Source: Octopus vulgaris
Taxonomy: Eukaryota
DNA length: 64,000 nucleotides
Assembly: GCA_951406725.2 (NCBI GenBank)
Contig: OX597823.1
Location: 26,226,001 to 26,290,000, forward strand
Reading direction: 5' to 3'
Under the pieces are notes generated by a model, which was not told the DNA's origin, did not search any database, and saw only the letters and a list, made by a program, of their open reading frames with translations. Of this stretch, positions 51,404 through 63,211 are shown piece after piece. The position numbers were made by a program, and so were the translations under genes. Every line of letters starts with the position of its first letter. Within the stretch, counting starts at the first letter, position 1.

Positions 51404-51744
51404 ATATATATATATATATATAATATGAAGGTAGTCTTGCTTTCTCCTCAGTAATTTTGAAGTTCTAACCCCTAAAGAGGACATAAGGTTTGACAGCTGG
51501 AGGATAATAATTTCAAACCAGTTATGTTCCCTTCAAGTTTATAGTAAGAACCTTGTATTTTTTCTTAGTTGCATGATTACAGATATATAAACATTCTGAC
51601 TGCACTGAAGCTGAATGAAACTCCTCTAGTTTGGAACTGTGATATTTTTATTAGTCCTACATATTGTATTGCAGTATTATAACCACAACATTGTTATAGA
51701 GTTAAGTTGTAACTCAAGTAGAGTTACAACAAAGAAGTTTGTGA

Positions 51745-51865
51745 TGGCGAGCTGGCAGAAACGTTAGCATGCCGGGTGAAATGCTTTGCGGTATTACATC
51801 TGCTGTTACATTCTGAGTTCAAATACTGCTGAGGTTGACTTTGCCTTTCATCCTTTTGGGTTTGA
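51745..51865 (+). mobile_element. SINE family B (truncated)
   Basis: ggcgagctggcagaaacgttagcatgccgggtgaaatgc...gagttcaaatactgctgaggttgactttgcctttcatccttttggg. Confidence 0.8.
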
Positions 51866-51879
51866 TTTGTATTCCGCGA

Positions 51880-52255
51880 TATATATATATATATATTATA
51901 TAAAATCCATTCTGTCTGTCTGTGTGTGTCTTCTAGGATCTTGGGCATCCTCCATCTGATTGCGCTCAAATTTGATATGTAGATACCAACAGTATCAGGG
52001 CGTGTATAAGTCTTGAAAAATTTACAAAAATCAATTTCAGGTGAGAATGGGAACGTGCATTTGTACGCGCAAGTACATCAGCTGTTGCAATTGATACTAT
52101 GCATACACAAGAAAAATGCATGTGCAGTTTGCGCAAAAAAAGCTGGCTGGCTTGAAATAATGCCACAAAATGGGATGGTCGGACAAGTTGTTTTGAAAAA
52201 ATTTGGTTTAGATGTTTGATAACTCAGCATCGTTCATTGGACGGGGGGTGTTTTG
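51880..52255 (+). mobile_element. Non-autonomous Helitron-like element 5' portion
   Basis: tattatataaaatccattctgtctgtctgtgtgtgtc...ctgattgcgctcaaatttgatatgtagata resembles the 5' layout of short invertebrate Helitrons. A Helitron-type 3' hairpin (cccag-gcaaag-ctggg..gctat) lies separately at 50435-50463. Confidence 0.45.
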
Positions 52256-52529
52256 TTCGTATATATATATATATATACACATCACCCTGATCACCGTGAC
52301 CGACCAGGCTATCAGATGTTGCTACACATCGCTGGTCACAATGCACTTCACATTGTTTTAGCCTTCAAATGACGCCACCCTGCTGGCTAAGCGAGCAGGC
52401 CAATATATCAGCCGAAATTGTGAGGATGATCCGGTTCTTGACTGAAGATTGAAGGCTTCGAATGTCCCATCCATGTTTTTTGTATCGTCTTCTAAATGTT
52501 TTGTGTTCTTGTCCCAGTTTGTATTTTTT

Positions 52530-52579
<50 letters not shown>

Positions 52580-53179
52580 TACATGTATTTATGTGTTTGC
52601 TTACATCTGTGATGACTTGTATGAAAGTTACAGCAGATGGAATTATTGTCAGTTTTCCTGTGATCAAATCATCTGGTCACTGTGTCTTTAAAACAATGTG
52701 GAATAAGAGAGTCCTTATCTGAGTAAACAGGTGAATATCAGGCACAGCATCAGGCTGTAAAATAATACCTCAAATAACATAGTCGTCCAAATCATGGAAG
52801 CATAGCAAAATGGATGTAAAAGAAACAAATGACTAGTAAGAAGGGAGAAGAGTGAACAAATATAAAAATAATGATAATGATGATGATGACCACACACACA
52901 CATATACACACACTTTGTTGCCTGTGTCCGACTGACCTCTAATTATCTGACAATTCAAAAGGGAATATTTAATTATTTTTTAAAAAATTCCAGTTGCATT
53001 ATAATGGAAGGCAAGGTTTACGATATCGGGAGAATATCGCCTTCCTCCATTATTTCTTTTTGTTGTTCGTGTAGTTCTGGCTCCGGCAGGCGAAGCGAGT
53101 ACAAGTTTCACAGGAGAGGTAAAGTGTGCTGCTCTCAGCAACCATCTTTAGCTGTGTGCGTTATGTCGTAGCTCCATTA

Positions 53180-53358
53180 ATGTGGGCCCATTGCCTCTGG
53201 ATGTACAACATACAGACAGGCCCAGCCAATGTAGTGCACTCAGCAAGCGCTGCAGCTAAGAGGCAGCAAAAGAAGAAGAATCTCAATCTGTTTTGCTCTT
53301 ACATACAGTTAGCCATTGCGAGCCTCGTTGTTATCTTGTGCATGGCAAATGGATGCAG
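53180..53358 (+). CDS. Candidate first coding exon encoding a signal peptide or signal anchor
   Basis: CpG-rich non-repetitive block. MWAHCLWMYNIQ..KRQQKKKNLNLFCSYIQLAIASLVVILCMANGC has a basic then hydrophobic stretch and ends at a good donor, CAG|GTGAGA (53358/53359). No homolog was recognised. Confidence 0.3.
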
Positions 53359-53834
53359 GTGAGATTTTGCTCCAGTCTCGGAGATGGCAATAGCTGCTGT
53401 GAGATCCCATCCAATATGGCACTGACTGATTGTGCCACTACAGCCTCTCCGTATATTTACTCTTTATCTACTCAGTCTTACCTTGTCCTTATATCTCCTC
53501 AGTACTATCCACACCCCTCAGTGAGAAATTCTTTTTCCCGCCAGATGAAGAGACACACAAGAAATGTTTGGTTCATCCTCCCTTCATGGCATACAAACTT
53601 ATCCAAAATCATGAGCTCCTTTGAATAATTCTAATAGCATACTACCATTTCTCTCCCTCGCTTTTTCTTTCTATTTATTACTAAGAATTCTCCCCAACCA
53701 AAATATTTATTTCAGTATTTCCTCTTTTCTACTTTAAAAAGAAGAAAACTTTGATGAAGACCTTCATCAGTGTTGATGGCTGAGAAGTCACAGTGCCTGC
53801 AATAGATGTTTTGTTGTGTCTGACTATCTCAACC

Positions 53835-53987
53835 CACTAGCATAGCCAGGGTGTGTACCACCTAGGGCAGCCCTTCAGCTTGCTGCCTCTGGGCACTCAC
53901 AAAAAATATTGCTTACAGCAGACCCAAAAGTGGTGCCATCCAGGGCAGACCACCCACACACTCTGCTACCCTCTAGCTGTGCTAGTG
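53835..53987. mobile_element. hAT (Tip100-like) MITE with 8-bp TSD
   Basis: TIRs are cactagcatagc / gctgtgctagtg, and the flanks are tctcaacc / tctcagcc. Confidence 0.8.
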
Positions 53988-54999
53988 TCTCAGCCTGCCT
54001 AAGCTCCATCTCAACTTCATGTTTTAGTTACAAATATTAGAAACAATAGACAAATACAGAAATGGCAGAGCAAAATCAAAAACTTGTTTTTAATTCTTTT
54101 GTTTGGCTAAAGAAAATAGCTTTCAATTTTTTTTTTTTATATTAGTCAAAGACAGGATCTGCCTGGTTAACTCAATACAGTTGACATTCAACATGAACTT
54201 CTGTAGGGCAAAGGTCAGTGTTCCCATTTAAATTTTGAAATAATGAATTCTTTTGTTGTTTGTTATCAAATTATCTTCACATTCAGATTATATAGAACAA
54301 TCTGTTTTAACTTCACAAGTCCCTAAAGTGTCATTAAAGAAACATTTGAATGGGATTTGTTGACACGGTTGCCAATAATGGGGTACAAAATCTTTAAGCG
54401 ACAAAATTTCTTATGATAAACCAGAAAAATCATTCAGGTAGACATTTAGCTCTCAGCTTTCATTCATGTTTCCTGGAGTGGGCTGAACTTAAGGCTAAAC
54501 TTACGAATTTGTTCAAAGAATTCTTTGCTTAGAAAAGCAATTTGGTCCTTTGATTAGAGAGCTGAACAAAAATGGAAATTTTGTGGTTCACTTTTAAACT
54601 TGTACTAGGTTATACAACGAAGCATAACTGATTTCTCTCTCTCTCTCTCTCTATTTCTCTCCCTCCATCCCCCTCTCTCTCTTTCCCTCCCCCTCACACA
54701 CACACACAATACTTTTGAATTCTGGTGTTAAAAAAATACCTTTGCTCTAACTTGACTACAATTGAAAAAAGACTAAAGAGGAACTAACAAAATGGTATTT
54801 CGAGGAATATTAGCAGATGAAATACAAAGACCATGCTTTGGTAACACAATAGTGTTAATAAAGATTTCAAATGTAGGCACAACTACACTTTAAGAGAAGG
54901 TTTGGGTAATTATATTAACCCCAGTATTTAACTGGTATTTATTCTATTGACCACAGCAGAACCAATATCCTAAAACCACCTTATCAATTCATATTCATG

Positions 55000-55795
55000 A
55001 AAAGCTCTGCTCTGTCAACTTTCTCCCCCCCCCCCCCATCCACATTTCATCCCAAACACCCACCGCTTCCTCTATCACCTGAAAGCAGAATAGGCACATA
55101 CTACACCTGCTAGCTTTCTTAGTTACTGCTGCTGCCTCCCAGTTACCTTTCTTCCTTCACCTACTGTCTCCATCAATCACCTCCTCTCTGTGTTGTTTTC
55201 TGTTGCCAACTCCTGGCTTACCTGTTCCCACCCTCAATGCCCTCTCATATCTAATGTAAACCCTGCTCCCTGCCCACCAGTCTCTCCTATATTTCTCTCT
55301 TTCATTTGCTGCAGTCTTCTCAATCCTCCCCACTCACCCAACCCAATCCTCTCACTACCCCCAATGTCCCTCAAGGGCATATCCTAACACAGCCATCATC
55401 TCTCTCTCACTATCACTCTCCAACTCACTCTCCTTTCTACTCTGCAGCAAAACACCTATATCTATCCCCTCTATCCCTTAAATCCCTCACAACTGGCAAA
55501 AAGCTACATACACTCAATACTATTCCCCACTCCCAGCTGAGGGTTTTTTTTATGTTGCAAGGTACTTGATGACAGTGTCAGTGTTGGTGCCACATTAAAA
55601 GCACTGGTGCTGGTGCAACGTAAAAAAAGTACCCAACACGCTCTGTAAAGTTGTTGGCATTAGGAAGAGTATCTAACTGGGGAAACCCTACCAAAATGGA
55701 CAATGGAACCTGGCATGACTCCTAGCCTTGTTAGCTGCTGTCAACCCATCCAATCCATACCTGCATGGTAAAAGGATGTGAAATAATGATGGTGA
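55000..55795 (+). mobile_element. Family C retroposon with pyrimidine-rich body and RTE-type tail
   Basis: C/T-rich body as at 49260-49600 and 2880-3330, then gcactggtgctggtgcaacgtaaaaaaagtacccaacacgctctgtaaagttgttggcattaggaagag...aataatgatggtgat. Confidence 0.6.
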
Positions 55796-57844
55796 TAACA
55801 AAACAATGAAAAGCAAAGTTTACCACAGAAAGAATTGAACTCAAGACCTAAAGGGTCGTAATTAAATATCATAATTAACTGCTGCAAGTATTTTTATTGA
55901 CCATGCTACTAATTCTGTGAACCCATCACCCTTTTTGTTAATGACAAGAAAATAAAGAGAAACATGAAGTCAAAACTCCAACGAGCCACTTGTTATTTGT
56001 CAGAAGTCTATTAATTGGTCAGTTAATGATGGTATGTAAGGAGAGTCACAAGAATTGATAGTTTAATAATGGTAATGATTGGTACAAATCACATTGGAAA
56101 TAAAAGAGAAAAGATGTATGTTGGTTAGAGCCATGAGACAAAGGATGGTTTTCTTTGGAGAAGTATATGTACAAGTGTACCTATACATTAAAAGAATTAA
56201 CACTAAACTGTTGTACTTTATGTAAATGCTGCTTTTGAATTATCTTATTTCTAAAGAATTCTATTTTCCTACACCAATAAATGTGCAATCTTGTTCATAC
56301 AGTCATCTTTCCATTAAAACTTTAGCAAGTACAGTTCATATTGACCAAGTATGTCCAGAATTTACCACTCACATTTTTTGAAAAAAATGAATGTAATATT
56401 ACTCATTCTCTAATACTGTGTTTGACTCAGAACATATTTATTTGCATCTAAATTTTTAATGTAGCATCCATTAAACATGTTAACACTTGCTTTCATATCA
56501 ATGGTTAGTCTACAAATTAAGTATCAGTGCAGTTAGTCTATCTTTGTATTAAATATGTTAACACTTACATACTACTTATCAGTAGTACCTGTTACCACCC
56601 TCAATGCCCTCTCATATCTAATGTAAACCCTTACAACAGGTAAACCAATGGCAAAATCTCTGCAAGAAATAGCAGCCAAATCACATATCCAAGCATCTTT
56701 GAAAAAAGGAAGTATAAATCATTGGTTTTTGAGTCATATGAGATTTATCACTAATCTTATCAAACAAAGCTTTCTTCAATTTGATAGAGGTGTTCCAGTA
56801 TGGCCATGGCCATGATGATCAAAATAAAGTGAAGAGTTAATTTTGTTTATTTGTGGATATATAAAAATAATTTCATTTCCTTGTTAAAATGCTTCTTTAG
56901 ATTAGCTTCATTGAACTTCAATGAGAATTAAAACAATGGCCGTCTTATTTTAGGTAGAATTTAGGTCAAGGCTATACAAAGATTCCAAATTTTGAGTGGT
57001 CTGACATTGTTTCTCATTTTAATTACAAAAATTTTTCAGGACTTCTCAGAGTATAAAAAAATTTGTCTTATTTTACATTTTCAGATGCCCTGAAAAAATA
57101 GTGGGTCATATACCCTATGATATACCCTATCATCCCCTTCCTTAATTAAACAGTAAAAAAAAAAAACAAAAAAACTTTGCTGTTCCTTAAGTCACATCCT
57201 ACTGGCTTGAAAAAGGAAAGACACATTGAATAATGTAATCCAGGATACACTATTCCGGAAAAAAAAAACTCATTAAAATATTGCAATATAATCATAGCTG
57301 GAACTCCTTTGATCATAGATCAGCTCTGTCAGGGTTGACTTGGGGCTAAACAACAACAAAAACACGATATTGGTAATAATGTCCATCAGTCTTAACAATA
57401 AGTATTCAATTGTTCAACTAACTGAATTCTTACTTGTGAAATTTATATGTAAGTGGTTGAGTATTCCAAAAGCACATGTCCTCCCTTAGTGTAATTCTCT
57501 GGCTAAATCAGCATGACACAATGTGGTAAAGCTGGGCTGGATCTTTGAATTAAAAGAAAGAGAAGAGAATAATTAATTCCAGTGTTCAACTGATACTTTA
57601 ATTCACAGCCCTAGAAGAATAACAGGCAAGGTCGACCTTGGTGGGATTTGAACTGGAATATATATTTCCTTGGATGTTGTGGACAAGGCTGTATATTACA
57701 TGCAATGCTTTAATAATTCTGTCAGTTTCTATGTTATAAGTTAGTAAATATTATTTAGATTGTCCTGAATGAGCCAGTGCGGCTAGAACTGATTGAGTAT
57801 CAGGGTGATAACCACAAAGCCAACAGTTCAAAGGCTATCATTAG

Positions 57845-58181
57845 TTCTTATGGCCCCCTCAACTGGTTTCCATGTGTCCTCTGGAGGTCCATATAAGATT
57901 TTGTTATTGAAATTTTTCTGCAATAAATTGGTTATACTCTAACAGTACTCTTTTACTTGTTCCAGTCATTTGACTGTGGCCATGCTGGAGCACTGTCTTT
58001 AGTCGAGCAAATCGACCGCAGGACTTATACTTTGTAAGCCTAGTACTTATCCTATTGGTCTCTTTTGCCGAACTACTAAGTTACGGGGACGTAAACACAC
58101 CAGCATTGGTTGTCAAGCAATGTTGGGGGGACAAACACAGATACACAAACATATACACAGACACACACACACATGCGCGCG

Positions 58182-58212
<31 letters not shown>

Positions 58213-58657
58213 GACGGGCTTCTTTCAGTTTCTATCTACCAAATCTACTCACAAGGCTTTGGTTGGCCCTGAGGCTATAGTAGAAGACACTTGCCCAAGG
58301 TGCCACGCAGTGGGACTGAGCCCGGAACCATGTGGTTGGTAAGCAAGCTACTTACCACACAGCCACTCCTATGCCTACGTACATAAAATATTTTTGATAG
58401 TTTATACAATTCCTAGTAAAATTTAATTATAAAAATACAGGGTTTTTTTTTAATATATATTGATCAGATTGGAACCTGGTACAGCCTCCTGGCTTGCCAG
58501 TCCTCAGTCAAACTGTCCAACCCATGCCAGCATGGAAAGTGGACATTAAACGATGATGATAATGATGATGATGATGATTGAATGGCTATGGAGACCCCAA
58601 AGAGTAAAATAGGAATGAAAGGGGGCCCATAAGCAAAACATGGTTGAGAACCAGTGA
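57845..58657. mobile_element. hAT-like MITE interrupted by a SINE (57946-58375) and an RTE-type tail (58470-58580)
   Basis: The left piece is tatggcccc..ggaggtccatataagatttt and the right piece is gggggcccataagcaaaacatggttgagaaccagtg (a Charlie-like TIR). Confidence 0.5.
57946..58375 (-). mobile_element. Full-length SINE family A
   Basis: Near-identical to the copies at 60697 and 63212, with an internal (CA)n(TA)n. Confidence 0.92.
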
Positions 58658-59298
58658 TCTATGTTATGGAAGCATTTCATTCTTGAAAATCTTGCTGTAA
58701 CATAGAATTCTATAATGCATAACCTATTCCATTGATTCCATGTTATGTGGAAGTCCAGGAACAAGGAAATCAATGGCAAAATATCTCTTATGTTACCAAA
58801 TTCCATGTTGTGGCAGGATTTCTAAGCATGCAACATTTCCATAATACAGGTGATAGCTGTGCTTGGATGGCCACAAATGGAATGTTCTTGATGCTTGGTC
58901 AGCTCTATCAGAATTGGTTTGGGGCTAAACAATAGCATCAGTCACAACACACATCTGCTTGAAGTGACACAGTCGAGGCAGGTTACTTATTCTTGATTTG
59001 AAATTTAATAATTATTTCTAAGAGTTTGTTGATTAACTAATGTTTAAGTATGGAGGTTTCTCTCATAAATTCTATTTATTCAGTACACAGCATTTGGACA
59101 AGTGGGGCCTCTATTGAGGTTTTATTAATGATTTGCTTTGTTCTGTTTTTCTCTCCACCTTCTCACCTCTTTATTTGATGCTTTGATACCCTTTCTCCTC
59201 TGTTTTTCTTCTTTTATACCTATCTCTCCTCCTGCTTCCCTCTGCCTCCATCTCTCTGACTATCTGTCTCTCTATCTTTGTCTGACTATCTGTCAGCC

Positions 59299-59334
<36 letters not shown>

Positions 59335-59659
59335 CCAAACACCCTTTTGAGTGAACATACCAAATTCATACACATACTACAAGTGAGGAAACCTCTATGT
59401 GGTTGTTCTGTCTACTAGAAATAGCAACTAAATCCTCTCTATTATCTAAAACAAGAATAAAATAGGGACGTGTTGGAAAATGTAGTCTTAGATACCTTTA
59501 AAAAAAAAAGGTGGTGGCCACTACTGAAATGCTTTTGATCATAGGTCTGCCTAGTCATGACCGAACTGGGGTTACACAACAAAAACTATACATTATTATC
59601 ACCAAGATTGTGACCACCACCATAAGCTATAATTTTAAATGGTTTATGGTATTTTGTAC

Positions 59660-59830
59660 CACTGCCACGTTGCTGCTGCCACCACCACAACTACTGTCAC
59701 CACTGCCACCACCACCACTGCCACCGCCACTGCCGCCGCCACCACCGCCACCACCACTACCGCCACCATCACCGCCGCCGCCGCCGCCACCACCACCACC
59801 ACCACCACCGCTACCACCATCATCACCACA
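59660..59830. repeat. (CCA/CCG)n trinucleotide tract
   Basis: ccaccaccaccactgccaccgccactgccgccgcc... Confidence 0.9.
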
Positions 59831-60296
59831 GCTATAAGCTATGCTTCTGAATTTTAAATATTTTCGATAAATCTTGTAGTTCCTGTTTTGGGAATATTTT
59901 TTTTCTTCCACAGAATCTCTGAGATGAGTCATAGGCAATAAACGACCTACCACAGTGGTACATAGGGAGCTGCACTGTTGCTCTGTAGGCGAAGAACACT
60001 GCTAACAACATCTGGAAGAAGTCATGTAAAATGACCACCAGGAAAGGAGCATCTCACATCTTTCAAATCATAGCTAGCTCTTCTTGCCTCTTGCTAAGAT
60101 GGTTTCACACTGCCTTTCCAAATTCAGTTTGACTTCTGAACTAAGCAGTGAGGGAAGCTTCATTTACTTTTTTACTATTTTACTTTACTTGGAAACAGGT
60201 GGGGGTTTCCACGTAAAGGTGGGCATCCAATCAGAGATAATCTGCCTCATCAAATTTCATCTGACCTGTGCAAACATAAAAAAGCAGATGTTAAAA

Positions 60297-60343
60297 ATGA
60301 TGATGATGGTGGTGGTGGTGGTGGTGGTGGTGATGTTGTTGTT

Positions 60344-60418
<75 letters not shown>

Positions 60419-60449
60419 GGTGGTGGTGGTGGTGGTGGTGGTGGTGGTG
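60297..60449. repeat. Compound (GAT)n(GGT)n(GTT)n(GGT)n microsatellite growing from a SINE A' tail (60190-60310)
   Basis: gatgttaaaaatgatgatgatggtggt...gttgttgtt...ggtggtggt. Confidence 0.9.
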
Positions 60450-60696
60450 TCTGCATTCATTGAACTGTGGCCATATTAGGGCAACACCTTCACAAGATTA
60501 AAGTGGGCCAACTACCAGATATAATCTTTTGCTATTTTCATTGTTGGAGCAACACCTTGCAAAGTTTAAAGTGGGAAGACTACAAATAAGCTACAAATAT
60601 ACTCTTACCATTTTCAGTCATTGGACTGTGGTCATACTGGGGCAACAGCTTCAAAACCCAATATATACTCTTTTACTGCCTTCAATTATTGGATTA

Positions 60697-60895
60697 TACT
60701 CTTTACTTGTTTCATTCATTTGACTGTGGCCATGCTGGAGCACTGCCTTTTAGTCGAGCAAATCAACCCCAGGACTTATTCTTTGTAAGCCTAGTACTTA
60801 TTCTATTGGTCTCTTTTGCTGAACTGCTAAGTTACGAGGATGTAAACACACCGGCATTGGTTGTGTTGGGACAAACACAGACACACAAACATATA

Positions 60896-60969
<74 letters not shown>

Positions 60970-61144
60970 CATACATATATATGACGGGCTTCTTTCAGTT
61001 TCTATCTACCAAATCCACTCACAAGGCTTTGATCGGCCCTAGGCTATAGTAGAAGATGCTTGCCCAAAGTGCCACACAGTAGGACTGAACCTGGAACCGT
61101 GTGGTTGGTAAGCAAGCTACTTACCACACAGCCACTCCTGTGCC
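60697..61144 (-). mobile_element. Full-length SINE family A
   Basis: Same head, CORE-like body, microsatellite and tail as the other family A copies. Confidence 0.92.
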
Positions 61145-61164
61145 TATAAAAATAAATGTTCTTT

Positions 61165-61405
61165 CTCTAGCCATGCCAGGCTTATAAGGGCTGGTTTCCC
61201 GGTTTCAGTGGCGTAGAAATTCCCCACCTGGATGGGATGCCGGTCTGTTGCAGGATTACTCACTTTTGCCAGTTGAGTGGACTGGAGCAACATGAAATGA
61301 AGTGTTTTGCTCAAGAACACAACACATCGCCCACTCCAGGAATTGAAACCACAACCTTACGATCATGAGTTCAACACGCTAACCACTAAGCCACGCGCCT
61401 CCACA
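61165..61405 (-). mobile_element. SINE family E (tRNA-derived head)
   Basis: The minus strand reads tgtggaggcgcgtggcttagtggttagcgtgttgaac...ggtttcaattcctgg...gttcttgagcaaaacacttc, with A/B boxes and a CORE-like motif. Confidence 0.8.
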
Positions 61406-61538
61406 TGTCTATTCTAGAGCAGCAACTTCAAGAGCAAACAGCATACTCTTGCCTTGTTTTCACTCATGAGACTGTGGCCATATTAAAGCAAAGCCTTTGA
61501 TGTCATAGTCAATTATATTAACCCCAGTTTTTGTAGAC

Positions 61539-61757
61539 TAGTGGTTTTCAACCAGGATTCCGCAGAACCTTAGAGTTCCACCAGTACAGTCCAGGGGTTC
61601 CGCAAGAAGTTACAAAACTGCTAAAATCGGCAGTAATTTTTAATTCTCCTGTGCAGATATGTGTGCATAAGACTATTAAATTATTGCACAGGAGTTCCTC
61701 GAGCCAGTGGAATGTTTCCTTGGGGTTCCGCTCCAGCAAAAAGTTTGAAAAGCACTG
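61539..61757. mobile_element. hAT-Charlie-like MITE with perfect 8-bp TSD
   Basis: TIRs are tagtggttttcaacc / gtttgaaaagcactg, and the TSD ttgtagac occurs at 61531-61538 and 61758-61765. Confidence 0.9.
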
Positions 61758-62501
61758 TTGTAGACCATAGTTTTTATTTTACCAAAGTCAACCTTTGATA
61801 GATGCTACCAAGTGCAGTTGCTCAACCAGCTTAGTTACCTCAATATATCAAGTATTTAATATTCTGCAGTTTAGTGATTATCCCAATTATTTCAGCATCA
61901 TTGAAATACATTGTTTCTCTTTAGTCTTCATTCTCTGGTGCAAAAAATGTAAATAAAATAAAATAAAATAAAATAAAATAAAATTCAATAAAAACAAAGC
62001 AAGAACAAAAAGAAGCATCAACAAGCAATCCACACTAACAAACATGGTTGATAAGAACTTGTGCAGATTCTATCAATTTGTTTGCTCATGAAGGAAGGCA
62101 AAGAATAGAACGCTATGAAGCTGGAAAGGGAATAAGAGAAAAAGGAAAAAAAAAGAAAAAAAAAAAGAGAAGCAGACAAGAAAATCAAAAACAAACCAAA
62201 ACAAACTAAACAACAAGCATTTAAAACAAATGTACACATATCAAAAAAAAAAAAAATAAAATAAAACCACAATGAGTTAACATGTTCTGAAGATTGAGAA
62301 AGCTGAAAGTGAGTCAGCAGTCTAAAGAAGCTGATCGCTGTTACAGTGAAAAAGATTCCAAAATCAATGGAAGTTCTGCAAGTATTTTCAGAGGATGACC
62401 TGGATCTCCAGTGCAACAACATTTGCAATCCGGACTGACTGCAAGCAAGGTGATTCATTTCTGCTGATTCCATAAAGAAGAGTATTCGAAACTGTTGAAG
62501 C

Positions 62502-62610
62502 TCAGTTTTGTTGTAGTTTGGGCCATTCTTGCAAGCGGCAACAGCACCAGTAGCAGAAGCCAGCTCTTGCTCTATTTCCTCTTTTCCCATCTATTTCATT
62601 CTCTCTCCTT
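62502..62610 (-). other. Candidate exon of a minus-strand transcript
   Basis: The minus strand has a branch point and acceptor, ctgac..ttttgattttag|. One frame reads RRENEIDGKRGNRARAGFCYWCCCRLQEWPKLQQN*, within a complex-sequence island between simple repeats. No homolog was recognised. Confidence 0.2.
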
Positions 62611-62673
62611 CTAAAATCAAAATCATTGTCAGTTTTCAGACTTTTTCTCTCTCTCTCACCTTTATTATCACCA

Positions 62674-62674
<1 letters not shown>

Positions 62675-62704
<30 letters not shown>

Positions 62705-62861
62705 CTTCTTCTTCTTCTTCTTCTTCTTCTTCTTCTTCTTCTTCTTCTCCTCCTCCTCCTCCTCCTCTTCCGCCTCTTCCCCCTCCTCCTTCCTCATCCT
62801 CTTCCTTCTTTTCATTCACCTTTTTATTTCTTGGGTACACTTTTTCCTTAATTTAGACAAT

Positions 62862-62921
<60 letters not shown>
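62675..62921. repeat. (TTC)n(CCT)n polypyrimidine tract and (AC)n
   Basis: Directly visible simple repeats. Confidence 0.95.
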
Positions 62922-62928
<7 letters not shown>

Positions 62929-63086
62929 ACCTGTATATCTGGTTCTTCTTGTTTCTCAATTTTCCTGTATTTTCTATCCATTATGGCAGATGCTATAATT
63001 AAAATCCTTCTTTCCCCGAATATGTATCCTTCTGGAATCATTTTCTCTGTCCATGCTTTACTTCTAAACACTATCCCTACCCCATA

Positions 63087-63134
<48 letters not shown>

Positions 63135-63211
63135 CATTTGTGTAGAAATACACATATACATATGTACATATATGTATATGTACATATGTATATACATATG
63201 TGCATATATAT

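Noticed and set aside
59511-60479. Poly-Pro/Gly/Thr/Val/Leu/Asn ORFs
   Set aside because: These are translations of trinucleotide microsatellites that are open in several frames.
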